Position numbers and translations under genes: made by a program
Notes under the pieces: model-generated
The model's input: the letters and a program-made list of their open reading frames with translations, nothing else
Databases searched by the model: none
What the model was told of the DNA's origin: nothing
From: Octopus vulgaris
Lineage: Eukaryota
NCBI GenBank assembly: GCA_951406725.2
Contig: OX597815.1
Coordinates: 180,420,001-180,484,000 of the forward strand
Length of the DNA stretch: 64,000 nucleotides
Reading direction: 5' to 3'
Shown: in pieces, positions 13,862 through 26,142 of the stretch
Numbering within the stretch: position 1 is the stretch's first letter
Layout: each line of letters starts with the position of its first letter

Positions 13862-14058
13862 ATTCTGTTGTGTCTGGGGAGAGTCATTTTCTTTTTGTAC
13901 CTTATAATGTAACACACTGTCAAGACTATTGAAAAGGTCGGAAGATGCAACAAAAATTTTAGGAAAATAAAAATAAGAATAACATGGAAATTTTACCGGT
14001 GAGTGTGTTAAATTATAAGGCACAAAAAGAAAATGACTCTCCCCAGACACAACAGAAT
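13862..14058. repeat. Inverted-repeat element with ~57-bp arms (relatives at 9014-9165 and 58422-58480)
   Basis: attctgttgtgtctgggga... / ...ccccagacacaacagaat arms. Confidence 0.75.
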
Positions 14059-14134
14059 ATGCTTCAACACACGAACTCATATAAAGAATCTTGCAAACCA
14101 AATCCCAAAACGAAAGAGATAAATGATAACTTAC

Positions 14135-14218
14135 GTCTGATACTGTATATGCACCAGGATTCATAAAGCTGGTGAGATCAATGTGCATTTTCCGTTCGTT
14201 TGATGAAATATTGATTTT
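14135..14218 (-). CDS. CLCN7: CLCN7 exon (84 nt, start of CBS2: KINISSNERKMHIDLTSFMNPGAYTVSD); last exon found
   Basis: DL..FMNP..YTV motif; cag/gtaag sites. Confidence 0.95.
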
Positions 14219-15137
14219 CTGGTAATGAGAATAAAATGGCTAATTAAATATCATTCCTCATATTTTAATATTCTTGTTTTCATACATCTCCACTGAGATG
14301 CCCCTTCTTGGATACTGATTCAACTTTAAAAAAGAAAAATGCAAGAAATAAAAAAAAGTAGAAACATCTACAGGGCTTGGATCTTTGTTGGTTACGACGA
14401 TGAGTGTTCCAGTTGAACCGATCAACAGAACTGACAGCTCATGAAATTAAATAAGCTAGGCTCTCCACAGACTTGCATACTGTTAAACCATTCGTTACCA
14501 ACCTGTCTGCAGCCAGCTGAAACATTTTTAGACTCAAACGACCAACCCAGCCGAAGCCGGCCAAGTGAACCCATTGACGTACAACCAAAGTTGTACGTCT
14601 TGCATATAGGGAAAATGAATTGGTAAAGTACAAACATGTTTGGACCTTGTCACCTTGTACTTGTGTCACAGGACTGGCCAAGGTACGTTACTCTGCACAC
14701 CTCAGTTTGCCAGATTAACAAGATTCTCTAATTAATAAACCAATATGAAACGATAACGAGTAAGACTAACAACTGACCATGAAAACAACTAGATGCTCTA
14801 ACCAAATACAGATTTGAATATTTGGGTCATATCAAAAGAAGGATCTTTTGACAGGACAGTAATCCCTCGCCATTTCACGGTTCACCTGTTGCAGTTTATT
14901 ATTTAAGCTTACATCGATTCCTCCGTGGTGGTATTGGGCATTTATAATAAAATATATACAAATTATAAAAATAAAAAATATACAGTACAGTACTGTTTCT
15001 ACTTTGTGGATTTTTACTTATCGCAGGGTGTTTTGGAACGTAGCACTTTGAAAGCTAGAATAAACTAAAATCAACACCGATTCCTGGAAAATAAAGCTGA
15101 ATAAAAAAAGGTTGCAAATAAAAGAATAAAAACTTAC

Positions 15138-15230
15138 ATGAATTGGTTGGAAGCGAGGATATTCTTCTCTAAAGTCTTTATTGTGAAGATTCCTGATTGT
15201 GTGGAAGAGGTCCTCTCTCTCATTAAAAGC
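15138..15230 (-). CDS. CLCN7: CLCN7 exon (93 nt, AFNEREDLFHTIRNLHNKDFREEYPRFQPIH)
   Basis: DFR..YPRF short CBS1-CBS2 linker is CLC-7-like, with no long CLC-6 insertion; tag/gtaag sites. Confidence 0.93.
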
Positions 15231-15338
15231 CTAGAAAAGTCAAAAACAGAAAAATGACAGAGTATAGCTATGAGTGAAATGTATATTGGTTTTATAAAAT
15301 TCAGATTGAGGATGCAAACCAGTCTATAGATACAGCTC

Positions 15339-15733
15339 TGTATTTAAGAGATGAATTATTTGCATTTGACGGATATTTGTCCTCATCTTTGTTGTTAACA
15401 CAATGTTTCGGCTGATATACCTTCCGGCCAGGTGTCTTGAGGAAATTTCGAACCTGGGTTCTCATTCCTAAGGTATTTTTCCATATTGTTGTTATTATTC
15501 AGGTTACTGCTTGGAATCGAACTTGAAATCTTGGAGTTAGTAGCCTGTGCTCTTAAACACTATGCCATATGCCCTTGGGCATAATAATAACATTGAAAAA
15601 ATACCTTAGTAATGAGAACCCAGGTTCGAAATTTCCCCAAGACACCTGATGAAGGCTGGAGGGTATATCAGCCGAAGCATTGTGTTAAAAACAAACAAGA
15701 TGAGGACAAATATCCATTAAATGTAAATAATAC
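15339..15733. mobile_element. Palindromic tRNA-head/hammerhead element
   Basis: Inverted arms; one tRNA-like head on -; hammerhead on + at ~15641-15686 (GAAA>GAAG). Confidence 0.8.
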
Positions 15734-17534
15734 AGTCTATAGATATTTCAAACTCTTCTAGATAGGCAAGGATGGAGTGACATTCTTTAATTCTTTTACT
15801 TGTTTCTATCAATGGATGGTAGCCATGAGGTTATACAACCCTGAGAGGCTTTAATCAATAACATCAAACAAAAATACATTATGTTGCAGTCTAGAATGGA
15901 TCCTTATCAATCTTGATTGATGAACTGCTAAGTTACAGGGCATAGACAAAAAGCATTGTTTTTCTAATAGAATCAAACAAATAGGTGGACACTTACAAAT
16001 ATCATCATCATCATCGTTTAATGTCCGTTTTCCATGCTGGCATGGGTTGGACGGTTTGACTTGGGACTGGCAAGCCAGAAGGCTGTGCCAGGCTCCAATC
16101 TGATCTGGCAAAGTTTCTACAGCAACCACTCCAGCATAGGAGCCAGTCAGGCAGCACTGGCATTGGCCACATTCAGATGGTGCTTTTTACGTGCATACAC
16201 ACACACACACGTGTAAAGAATGAGCATCTGCACAGCTTTTGATTGCCAATTGCACTGACAAAGAATTTGTTAGCTTGAAGCTACAATAGAAGGGACTTGC
16301 CCAAGATGCCACACAGGAGATTGAACCAGAAACCATTTGCACCGGTAAATAAACTTCTGAGCCACACCGGTGAGGATCTCTCATCAGAGGGCAGAAAGGT
16401 AAAAAAATCTTCTAGCTTTCATTTTCTTTTATTTGTTTCAGTTATTAGACTGTGGCCATGCTGGGGCACCACCTTGAAGAATATTTAGTCGAATGAATCG
16501 ACCCCAGGACTTATTTTGTTAAGCCTGGTACTCGTTCTTTTGATCTCTTTTGCTGAACTGCTAAGTTACAGGGACATAAACACACCAACACCAGTTGTCA
16601 AGTAGTGGTGGGGAACCAACACAGGCATTCATGCCCACACACACACACATGGTAGGCTTCTTACAGTTTCCATTGATCAAATCCACTCATAAGGCTTTGG
16701 TCAGACCAAAACATGGCACCTTGGACAAATGTCCAAGGTGCCATGCAGTGGAATTGAACCCAAAACCATGAGATTCGGAAGCAAACTTCCAACCAAATCA
16801 ATGAAAATCCAGGTGCAACACAAATAACTGGAAAAATGCCTTTTTAGAGCAAACTAATTGTAAAATTGCTTAGTTTTTTTTAAATAATTAATTATTTGGT
16901 AAAGAAGAAGTGGTCTGTGATGATGACCCTGTGGGAGCAACCTGGTGGAGGTTTCTTTTAAACTGTTGAAATTGATCATCATCATCGTTTAACGTCCGTT
17001 TTCCATGCTAGCATGGATTGGACGGTTCGACTGGGTTCTGGGAAGCCAAGAGGCTGCACCAGACTCCAGTCTGATCTGGCAGAGTTTCCACAGCTGGATG
17101 CCCTTCCTAACACCAACCACTCCATGAGTGTAGTGGGTGCTTATTACGTGCCAGGTGAGGCTGACAACGGCTATGATTGGTTGGTGCTTTTTACGTGCCA
17201 CCGGCACGGAGGCCAGGCGAGGTGGCGCTGGCAATGGCCATGTTCGGATGGTGCTTTTTACATGCCACCGGCACTGGTATCACAACTACAATTTCCATTG
17301 ATTTTTTGATCAATTTTGATTTCGCTTGCCTCAACAGGCCTTCGCAAGCAGAGTTTTGTGTCCCAAGAAGGAAAGGTATGCATAAGTGGACTGGCTACAT
17401 CATAGGTTATGGTCTCACTAGCTGCAGATAAAACATGATGGTCAGTGATAGGGGTCAAGAAGGTTGACATTTAGGGTAGAAGGTAGAAGGTAGAAATAAG
17501 ACAAGCATAGAAATGGCAATGATTGGAATTTTAC

Positions 17535-17624
17535 CTTCATTTTCAAAAGAACCAATAATTGTGTGCGCAGTATCATTCCTCGGTAAGTGCCAAAGGTATT
17601 CGATTCATCTGGGTTCCTCATATG
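17535..17624 (-). CDS. CLCN7: CLCN7 exon (90 nt, HMRNPDESNTFGTYRGMILRTQLLVLLKMK)
   Basis: G.ILR.QL.VLLK end of CBS1; tag acceptor, gtaaaa donor. Confidence 0.9.
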
Positions 17625-17755
17625 CTACAACATAGAATATATGGAAATAAGGAATGCACATTGGACAAAATTACAAAAACCACAACAAACAATTAGACAA
17701 ACAAACTGAAAGGAAATAAAATAATATGGCTGTCATTAAAAAACAAAACATCTCT

Positions 17756-18121
17756 AGGCGCAGGAGCGGCTGTGTGGTAAGTAGCTTGCTAACCAACCAC
17801 ATGGTTCCGGGTTCAGTCCCACTGCATGGCATCTTGGGCAAGTGTCTTCTGCTATAGCCCTGGGCCGACCAATGCCTTGTGAGTGGATTTGGTAGACGGA
17901 AACTGAAAGAAGCCTGTCGTATATATAAGTGTGTTTGTCCCCTTAGCATTGCTTGACAACCGATGCTGGTGTGTTTACATCCCCGTCACTTAGCGGTTCA
18001 GCAAAAGAGACCGATAGAATAAGTACTGGGCTTACAAAGAATAAGTCCCAGGGTCAATTTGCTCGACTAAAGGTGGTGGCCCAGCATGGCCGCAGTCAAA
18101 TGACTGAAACAAGTAAAAGAG
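17756..18121 (+). mobile_element. tRNA-derived SINE family A; other copies ~4824-5248(-), 24945-25460(+), 25601-25985(-), 38990-39385(+), 46557-46977(-), 50426-50828(-), 58657-59045(-)
   Basis: Head GGCTGTGTGGTAAG...GGTTCAGTCCC; body TTGGGCAAGT; internal (TA)/(TG) tract; GTAAAAGA tail. Confidence 0.85.
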
Positions 18122-18599
18122 TAGTGTTTTTTAATAAGTGGACAAAAATTATGTTGTGCCTTGAGAGGGTCATAATGCCAATAATAGTAACACATGCATT
18201 GATTCAATACCACTTCTTTATTGTTAGTCAATTGGTTAAATATATTTGACCAACTAATTAATTGTTTGTTAATGTGCTGGTTAAACAATTGATCGGTCAT
18301 TAATAGTTTGCTTCTGAACTGGCTATAGTTAAACCAATATATTTAATACTTATACAATACAGAATAGTAAATGAACAATAACAAGCATAACAACACAAAC
18401 AATAAATCCAGTTCGATTAAGAACCACACAGATTATCACCATCATCATTTAATGTCCGTTTTCCATGTCGGCATGGTTACAGGTCCCTTTTCTAGATGCA
18501 CAACACTTATGATTAGTTTTAATAAAAATCTTCTGTTCAATTGTTAAGGACTTTTAAGCATTTAGCTAGTGTTAGTTTATTTGTAACTAAGTCTGTTTA

Positions 18600-18860
18600 G
18601 AACTGTAATCACAAATCGACCAGACCATCAGATGCTGTTATACACCACTGATCACAATACACTTCCAATTCTCTCTTGATTGCGCCATTCTTTCCATCTT
18701 GACTCAAATTGTTTAAATCATCTTCCCATCATCGTGGGGGCCTTTCAAGTGGTGTTTTTTCTGTTCTCCTGGATACCACTCAGTAACTACATGGGTCCAC
18801 CTGTTGTCAGTGGATCTTGCGACATTTCCGGCCCAGAAGAACTTGTGCTTTCAGGACTCT
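18600..18860 (-). mobile_element. RTE LINE C-terminal fragment
   Basis: Translation WAGNVARSTDNRWTHVVTEWYP...RPPR.W. Confidence 0.7.
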
Positions 18861-19255
18861 GCAATCACATCATCAAACCCACTCTGTTCTTGAATTACCT
18901 TATTCTGCACCAGGCTCCAGTCATCCATTTTGGCTTGGTTTCTATGGCTTGATGCCCTTCCTAATGCCAACCACTTTACAGAGGGAACTGGGTGCTTGTG
19001 GTGATATTTTTAGCATGGATCTTTCTATGACCCTTTGCCTCAGAGCCAATCAATGTTCTATCCTCTACATAGCAGCCCACATCTCACTTGCATATAAGAG
19101 TGCATGTAGGGCTGTGATATTTTGGTAAATTGAAAATGAAGTTAGTATCTTTAATTCTGTCAGATATACTAACTATTAGACTACAGCCAGATTAGGAAGA
19201 AATATTTAAAGACCGTCACCTTTGGGAGGGGAGACACAAAAGACAGATTACTCAC

Positions 19256-19385
19256 CATAGGAGCATAAGGGTCATAGTTGTCCACAACAGGGAAACCATT
19301 GTGGCTCTCATGGAGGAGAATATCCATCACTCGGCCAACTTGCTCGACTCGTTGCAGCACTGTAACAGGATGACTCATCACTTCA
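19256..19385 (-). CDS. CLCN7: CLCN7 exon (130 nt, CBS1: EVMSHPVTVLQRVEQVGRVMDILLHESHNGFPVVDNYDPYAPM)
   Basis: CBS motif HNGFPVV; cag/gtgag sites. Confidence 0.95.
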
Positions 19386-19573
19386 CTGTAAAACAAAATA
19401 AAATAAAAGCCTCAAACACACTTCCTTGCAAGCACGAGTCCTGATTAGACAGCTTTTTCAGGTGAGATGCTTTTGGTGTTATGTAAATGGGAGATAAATA
19501 TAAAAATGCCAACTCAGAACAAATAACACACCATCAGGACCGTAATCATTTAATGTCTGTTTTCCATTGGTAT

Positions 19574-19841
19574 GAGGGGTTCCCAACCTTATTTTGCTTG
19601 TGGACCCTATATATGAACATGCAAATTTTTGAAATAAAATATTTGTTTTTAGGTTAGTAAAAACTAACAATGAAACAATTTCGTTATGTTCATAACATAA
19701 ATTCCAAATACAAATCTTGAAAATTTCAATAAATACAGGTACATCTCCTAGAAAACAAAATTTATATATGGACCCACAAATTACAATTTTTTACTCGTGG
19801 ACCCCCTTAAAGCTTCTGTGGACCTCAGTTGGGAACCCCTG
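19574..19841. mobile_element. hAT-like MITE
   Basis: TIRs aggggttcccaac / gttgggaacccctg. Confidence 0.6.
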
Positions 19842-20207
19842 GGTTAGATAGTTCGACAGCAACTGGCAAGCCAGAGAGCTGCACCAGGCTCCAGTCATCC
19901 GTTTTGATTTGGTTTCTATGGCTTGATGCCCTTCCTGATGCCAACCGCTTTACAGAGGGAACTGGGTGCTTCTTACATAGCACTGGCAGGTTTTATAGGA
20001 GTAATATAATTTGCATTAACAGAACTGAAGGTAGCATCGACCAAGTTTGTTGATGAGTTGATTGCCTAAGTAAGGTGTTAGTTGAATGAAAAATTGGTTA
20101 CAGTTAAAACCAAAGTAAAAAACAAGAATGTGTAGGGGTCAAATTAAAGTTTGAATATATTCTGGTTTCAATGTTTATAAATACAAAAGTATAATTAACT
20201 TTTTATC

Positions 20208-20550
20208 ATACAAGGATGTTTGCAAAAGGAACATGAAGGCCTGTGGCATCAATATTAGCAACTGGGAAGCAGTTGCCAACAACCATGGAGATTGGCGATG
20301 TACCATAAAAGAGGAAACACAAAGGAGCGACAGAGGGAGAGAGGAGAAATGGAAAGACAAGAAAAAACGTCAACAAAAAGCTATGACATTACAACCAGCC
20401 AGGCAAAGTCTTCGCTACATTTGCGGCACCTACCAGAGGGAGTGTTTGTCCAGGATAGGACTACACAGCCACAGCAGGAGATGTATTAGGACATGAAATG
20501 TACTGCGCAACTCCATTGTCTCCTGAGACAAAAAGGATGCCAACAACAAT
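20208..20550 (+). mobile_element. RTE/BovB-like LINE 3' end
   Basis: ORF 20233-20496 (KACGI...WE..A...W...C..SRIGLHSHSRRC, a C2H2-like tail); (CAA)n end. Confidence 0.8.
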
Positions 20551-20760
20551 TAGCTCCGATGGGATTTGAACTCAGAAGTGGGAGAACCATAACTATACAC
20601 TATAAACATTTTTTAATACCTATGATACTTCATAAATCTCTTCTGATACTTGCATTCTATTTTAATGCTTTGTTACTTAAATGCAAGGAAATACTTGTAA
20701 GGGAGAACGAGGCTTGTATAGTTTTCTTGACTTTTGAGAAATGAAAAGCAAAGTCTTTAA

Positions 20761-21834
20761 CCCTTTCGTTACCAAACCGCCCAAAAAAAGTTTTGGTTAA
20801 TGTGACCAAACCACCCAAACCCGCCCGAATTTACCTATTCATATTTAAATGAGAATATCAGAGCAAATCTCTTTAGTATATTCGTGAAAACATGTGATTA
20901 TGCTTCGTAAACAGTTCATCGACAGTTTTGTACAACGATCGACATGTAATTTTAATTCCCTGAATTTGGGGAGATTTTTTTCCACATTTTTTTCGGCATT
21001 GATTTTTCTTCAACTTTGAAAATGGATTGGAGTTTCATATTATCAAGCATTGATTCCGAATTGGAAAATTTGTGAAACAAATACTGGGTACTGTTGTGGA
21101 TTTAGTTTTTATACAGGGAAACTAATGTTAGTCAGCATGGCTTAGGGTATGATGTGGTCTGGAAGTTATTGTTTGAAGCGATCAATGCGGAAACAAACTT
21201 ACGCAAAATGTAAACAAACACAAAATGGGGGTTCAAATTTCGGAAAATTTGTGAAGCAAATACTGGGTACTGCGTGGATTTCATTTTTATACAGGGAAAA
21301 TAATGTTAGTCAGCATGGCCTAGGGAACGATGTGGTCTGGAATTTATCACTTCCATACCATAACCAGGGCTGTATATTATTTTTTGACCAATTTCTTTAG
21401 TTCGGTCAAACTTACGGTGGATTCCAGTATTTCACTTTATTCCACCTTTATGGTACACCTGTTGTGCATTAAATTCAACTGATGATATAGTGATGTGCAC
21501 AATTCTTCTTTATCAAAATTTTGTTGCATACCCATTTGAATATTAGCTGATGATTCATTTTCTATGGGGATGTTTAAACAAAATTTTAATATTTTTACCT
21601 TTTGCTCAATTTATCTGGATTTACCTGTAATTAAAGTCACTTTGAGACAAAAGTTATGCAATAGAATTGATTAAGAACCCTTTCTTTAATTATGTTCCAA
21701 ATATCACATTAATATGTTGATAAGTAAAAAAGTTACAGTTATTTAATGAAACAAGCCTAGATTCATGATTATTTTAGAATTTAATTGAAACTCATGAGGG
21801 GTGTATTTTGGTCAGAAATATAGTAACGAAAGGG
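20761..21834 (+). mobile_element. Non-autonomous piggyBac element with transposase remnant
   Basis: TTAA on both sides; TIR ccctttcgttac/gtaacgaaaggg; frameshifted KWGFK..ICEANTGYC..YTGK..GLG.DVV..L..PY..QG..LFFD.FF.SVKL. Confidence 0.85.
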
Positions 21835-22124
21835 TTAATGGGATCTGAACTCAGAATGAAGCAAAGAATAATAAAGTTAGGAAGCAGTGAGTCTAAAACT
21901 GTTCTGACTCACTTCTCCCCCTTCAAACACTTTTGTTTATCATATTCATAAATATTGATTATAAAGTTTATGGACACACTACTGAATGCAGCATGAGAGA
22001 GGGAGAGAGAATTAAGGAAAAGAGAGAGAATTGGGGGAAAGAGAGAGAGGGAGAGAGAATTAAGGGAAAGAGAGAGGGAGAGTGAATTAAGGAAAGAGCA
22101 AGCCTGCCATTATATTTAACTTAC

Positions 22125-22210
22125 TTGGCATTCAATGAAGATGCAAGATCAGATGGCTGCCATCCAAGCAATGGAACTCCTCCAAGATGTATGTGAATAT
22201 CATAGATACC
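22125..22210 (-). CDS. CLCN7: CLCN7 exon (86 nt, GIYDIHIHLGGVPLLGWQPSDLASSLNA)
   Basis: Central Tyr (GIYD) of helix R; cag/gtaag sites. Confidence 0.95.
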
Positions 22211-22784
22211 CTGTGTAGGAAAAAAAGATAAAAGAAATAAATATAGGTGAAAAAAAAAAATTAAATAAACAATAGCATTCCAAATAAATTTAGAATATTA
22301 TTCCAGCAGAAAATTAAATTAAATAACATTTTCCAGAAACAAGAGTAACAACACTTTTATGATTTTCCTTCAGGTTTTCAACAATTTATAAGAATTTCTA
22401 CTTCACCACCCAGTACCCCCGCCATGTTCCTCAGGTGTGTGTACCATGGTCTTTTGACAATGGTAAAGAGTAGCGTTTATACACGTCATATAATCGGATT
22501 TATTTGTGATTTTTTTTTGCTTCATCAGTTTGTTATGTAAAGTGTTTACAATTTGAATTGTGTCAGTGTTTTTTTTTGGTGTTGTTTGCGTTTCGTGTGA
22601 AGTGTTGGATGGTGATGGTGTTGTCCAAGCATCTTACTCTATGGATTTTGTTCATCATTTAACGTCTGCTTTCCATGCTGGCATGGGTTGGATGGTTTGA
22701 CAGGATCCACGCTACATTTCATTGTCTTTTTGGCATGGTTTCTACATCTGAAAGCCCTTCCTAATGCCAACCACTCCAAGAGTG

Positions 22785-23175
22785 TAATGGGTGCTTTTTA
22801 TGTGGTACCGACACCAGTGTTTTTCACATGGCACCAACATAGGTGTTTTCATGTGGTACCAACATGGGTGCTTTTCAAGTGACACCAACATGGGTGCTTT
22901 TCATGTGGCACCAACATGGGTGCTTTTCATGTGGCACCAACATGGGTGCTTTTCAAGTGACACCAACATGGGTGCTTTTCATGTGGCACCAACATGGGTG
23001 CTTTTCATGTGGCATCAGCACCAGTGCTTTTTACGTGGCACCATCACCAGCGCCTGTCACATGGCAGCATCACCAGTGTATGTCACATGACAGCATCTGT
23101 CACATGGCACCATCATCAGCGTCTGTCATATGGCACCATCATCAGTGTTTTTTCCAAGGTACGAGCACCAGTGCT
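22785..23175. repeat. 26-bp minisatellite (atgggtgcttttcatgtggcaccaac) within an RTE 3' UTR copy
   Basis: Visible period of 26 that degenerates to the right. Confidence 0.8.
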
Positions 23176-23810
23176 TTTTGGGTGTTAGAGGATGAAAGAG
23201 GTTCTTCCACTATTTGTATACAGTCATGAACTAGTAATTCAGTTCACACCTGGCTTGTATGTGATTCCGGCGAGCTGGTAGAATCATTAGCACATCGGGC
23301 ACAGTGCTTAGCGGTATTTCGTCTGCTGTTAGGTTCTGAGTTCAAATTCCGTCGAGGTTGACTTCGCCTTTCATCCTTTCGGGGTCGATTAAATAAGTAC
23401 CAGTTACGCACTGGGGTCGATATAATCGACTTAATCCCTTTGTCTGTCCTTGTTTGTCCTCTGTGTTTAGCCCCTTGTGGGTAGTAAAGAAATAGGTATG
23501 TGATGTTAATAAGCTGCAAAAATTATCCATCACTACTGAATGGGATTAGGGGTGAGTTGTTTCACCTGTCTATAACATTCAGGTGTTTTAACACCCACTG
23601 CTTTGAGGGAGTCATCCCCACTGTTCTACTACGCAGTCTATGGGTGAACAAGCTAAACACATACATTGGGTATGTGTGATTGATTATATGTATTACAAAA
23701 AGTCAACAAGACAAATGTCAAAAAACAAACTGCAAAAATGAGAACCTCTGATTTACACCATTTGCCAAGTTTTACCAAATAGAAGTAGTGGGAAAAAAAT
23801 ATGTCCTTAC

Positions 23811-23938
23811 CTCGTTAAAGCAGTCTCCTACCCATTTTGCCATGATGATAGTCAACATAATAGGAAGACCGTATGAGATGTTGGCTGTGGCTTCAATTAT
23901 GATGACAGTGAGACTTATAGTCATACGAACAACACCAC
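23811..23938 (-). CDS. CLCN7: CLCN7 exon (128 nt, [43 protein letters not shown])
   Basis: GG.VRMT.SLTVI..EAT motif; cag/gtaag sites. Confidence 0.97.
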
Positions 23939-26090
23939 CTGTTTTAAATACAAAAGACAGAAGATTCGTTTTAAATTATTTTTTTTACAATGTAGTTTTT
24001 TTTTTAATCACCACTTTACATTGCATTTACCATGCTTGCATATAAAAAAGATCATCATCACCATTTAATATCCATGTTTGCATGGATTGGACAGTTTGAC
24101 AAGCACTGGCAAACTGGAGGGCTACTCCAGACTGCAGTTGTCTGTTTTGGCACGGTTTCTATGGCTGGATGCCCTTCCTGATGCCAACCATTTCACAGAG
24201 TGTACACTGTGTTTTTTACGTTTTATAATTTACGAGATGTTTTATTATAAAATAAATAACCATGTAACATTATTTTTTTTATCATAAGGGCACAGAAAGT
24301 GTGTCTAAAGCCAGCTGGAGACGATGATCTCCTGGGGCTAAAAGCGACAGTAACACCCACCCTTAGTGGTTAGCCATATTGAGATGGCTAGTATACTTTA
24401 CATTATTATTTTTGTTATAAAAAATTTAGTTGCTTAACACATTTTAAATCTGCTTTGTTTACAGCATTAAGCTCAGCCACTCATTGTAGTTCTAGTGTTA
24501 GATCTTTTGAGCTGAGCAGAGTGAAATGTCTAGGCTATGGGGACCCTGCAAGGCGTAACTGGTTGACTGTAAACCATGGACAGCCTCAATCAACTAGTTG
24601 CCATCCAATCAACTGATAACAGCACTACTATCACTTTACAGAATGCCATGTAACAAAAATAAGAAAAGTTAACCATTCCTGATCAACTATCTTACATAGA
24701 GAAATATTGGTTTCAAATGTTGGTACCAGGCCAGCAATTTCACAGGTAAGTTGATAACATCAACCCCCAGTGTTCAACCGGTATCTATTTTATCAACCCT
24801 GCAAGGATGACAGGGACATGTATTATATGTATTAATGTCCCCAGGGGCATTTGAACTTACAATATAAGAAATGCTGCTAGGCATTTTTTCTGGGAGTATC
24901 GATTCTACCAGCTCACCACCTTATACATAGAAAAATATTGAAGAGGCATAGCTGTGTAGCAAGAAGCTTGCTTCTAAGCCACAAGGTTCCAGGTTCAGTC
25001 CTGCTGCATGGTACCCTGGGCAAGTGTCTTCTACGATAGCCTAAGGCCAACCAAAGCCTTGTGAGTGGATCTGGGAGACGGAAACTGAAAAAAGCCTGTC
25101 ATATTTATATATATATATATATATATATATTTAAATAATGAATTTTCTCTGGAGAATATCCTTTCTTTGTAGTTAGATCATGTGATCTTCTAGCGTATGG
25201 TTATCCACCTAGTGATTTAGCCCTAAATACACACACATATATATACGCTTATGTGTGTGTGTCTGTGTTTGTCCCCCACCTGCCATCGCTTGACAACCGA
25301 TGTTGGTGTGTTTACATCCCCGCAACCTAGCAGTTCGGCTAAAGAGACCGATAGAATAAGTACTAGGCTTACAAAGAATAAATCCTGGGGTCGATTTGTT
25401 CGACTAAAGGCAGTGCTCCAGCATGGCCGCAGTCAAATGACTGAAACAAGTAAAAGAATAAAGAGATACTCTAATATACGTGCTGTACATCTCCAGACTT
25501 TCCATTCCACATCCATTTTCTCGTTTGGGTTTTCTTGGAGAGAATGTCTCAAATGGAACACTTGTTGCGCTTAGTCTTAATTTTAACTCACAAATGGATT
25601 ACTCTTTTACTTGTTTCAGTCATTTGGCTGTGGCCATGCCGGAGCACCACCTTTAGCCGAGCAAATTGACCCCAGGACTTATTCTTTGTAAGCCTAGTAC
25701 TTATTATATCGGTCTCTTATGCCGAACTGCCAAGTTACGGGGGATGTAAACACACAGCATCGGTTGTCAAGCAATGTTGGGGGGACAAACACAGACACAC
25801 AAACATATATACATACATATATACGACGGGCTTCTTTCAGTTTCCATCTACCAAATCCACTCACAAGGCTATTGTTGGCCCGAGGCGATGGTAGAAGACA
25901 TTTGCCCAAGGTACCACGCAGAGGGACTGAACCCAGAACCATGTGGTTGGTAAGCAAGCTATTTATGACACAGCCACTCCCGTGCGTATGTATGATTGAT
26001 ACCTATTTTCTAATCACAACATATTAATACAAACAGTGCACAGAATCTTTAACAATAACAAGAAGCAGAATGGAAAGAACCAATTCTTAC

Positions 26091-26142
26091 CAAGCATAGC
26101 TGCAGCACCAATCAAGGCATATTTTCCGGGATCTGCAAGTTT
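26091..26142 (-). CDS. CLCN7: CLCN7 exon (52 nt, KLADPGKYALIGAAAML)
   Basis: DPGKYAL.GAAA motif; cag/gtaag sites. Confidence 0.95.
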
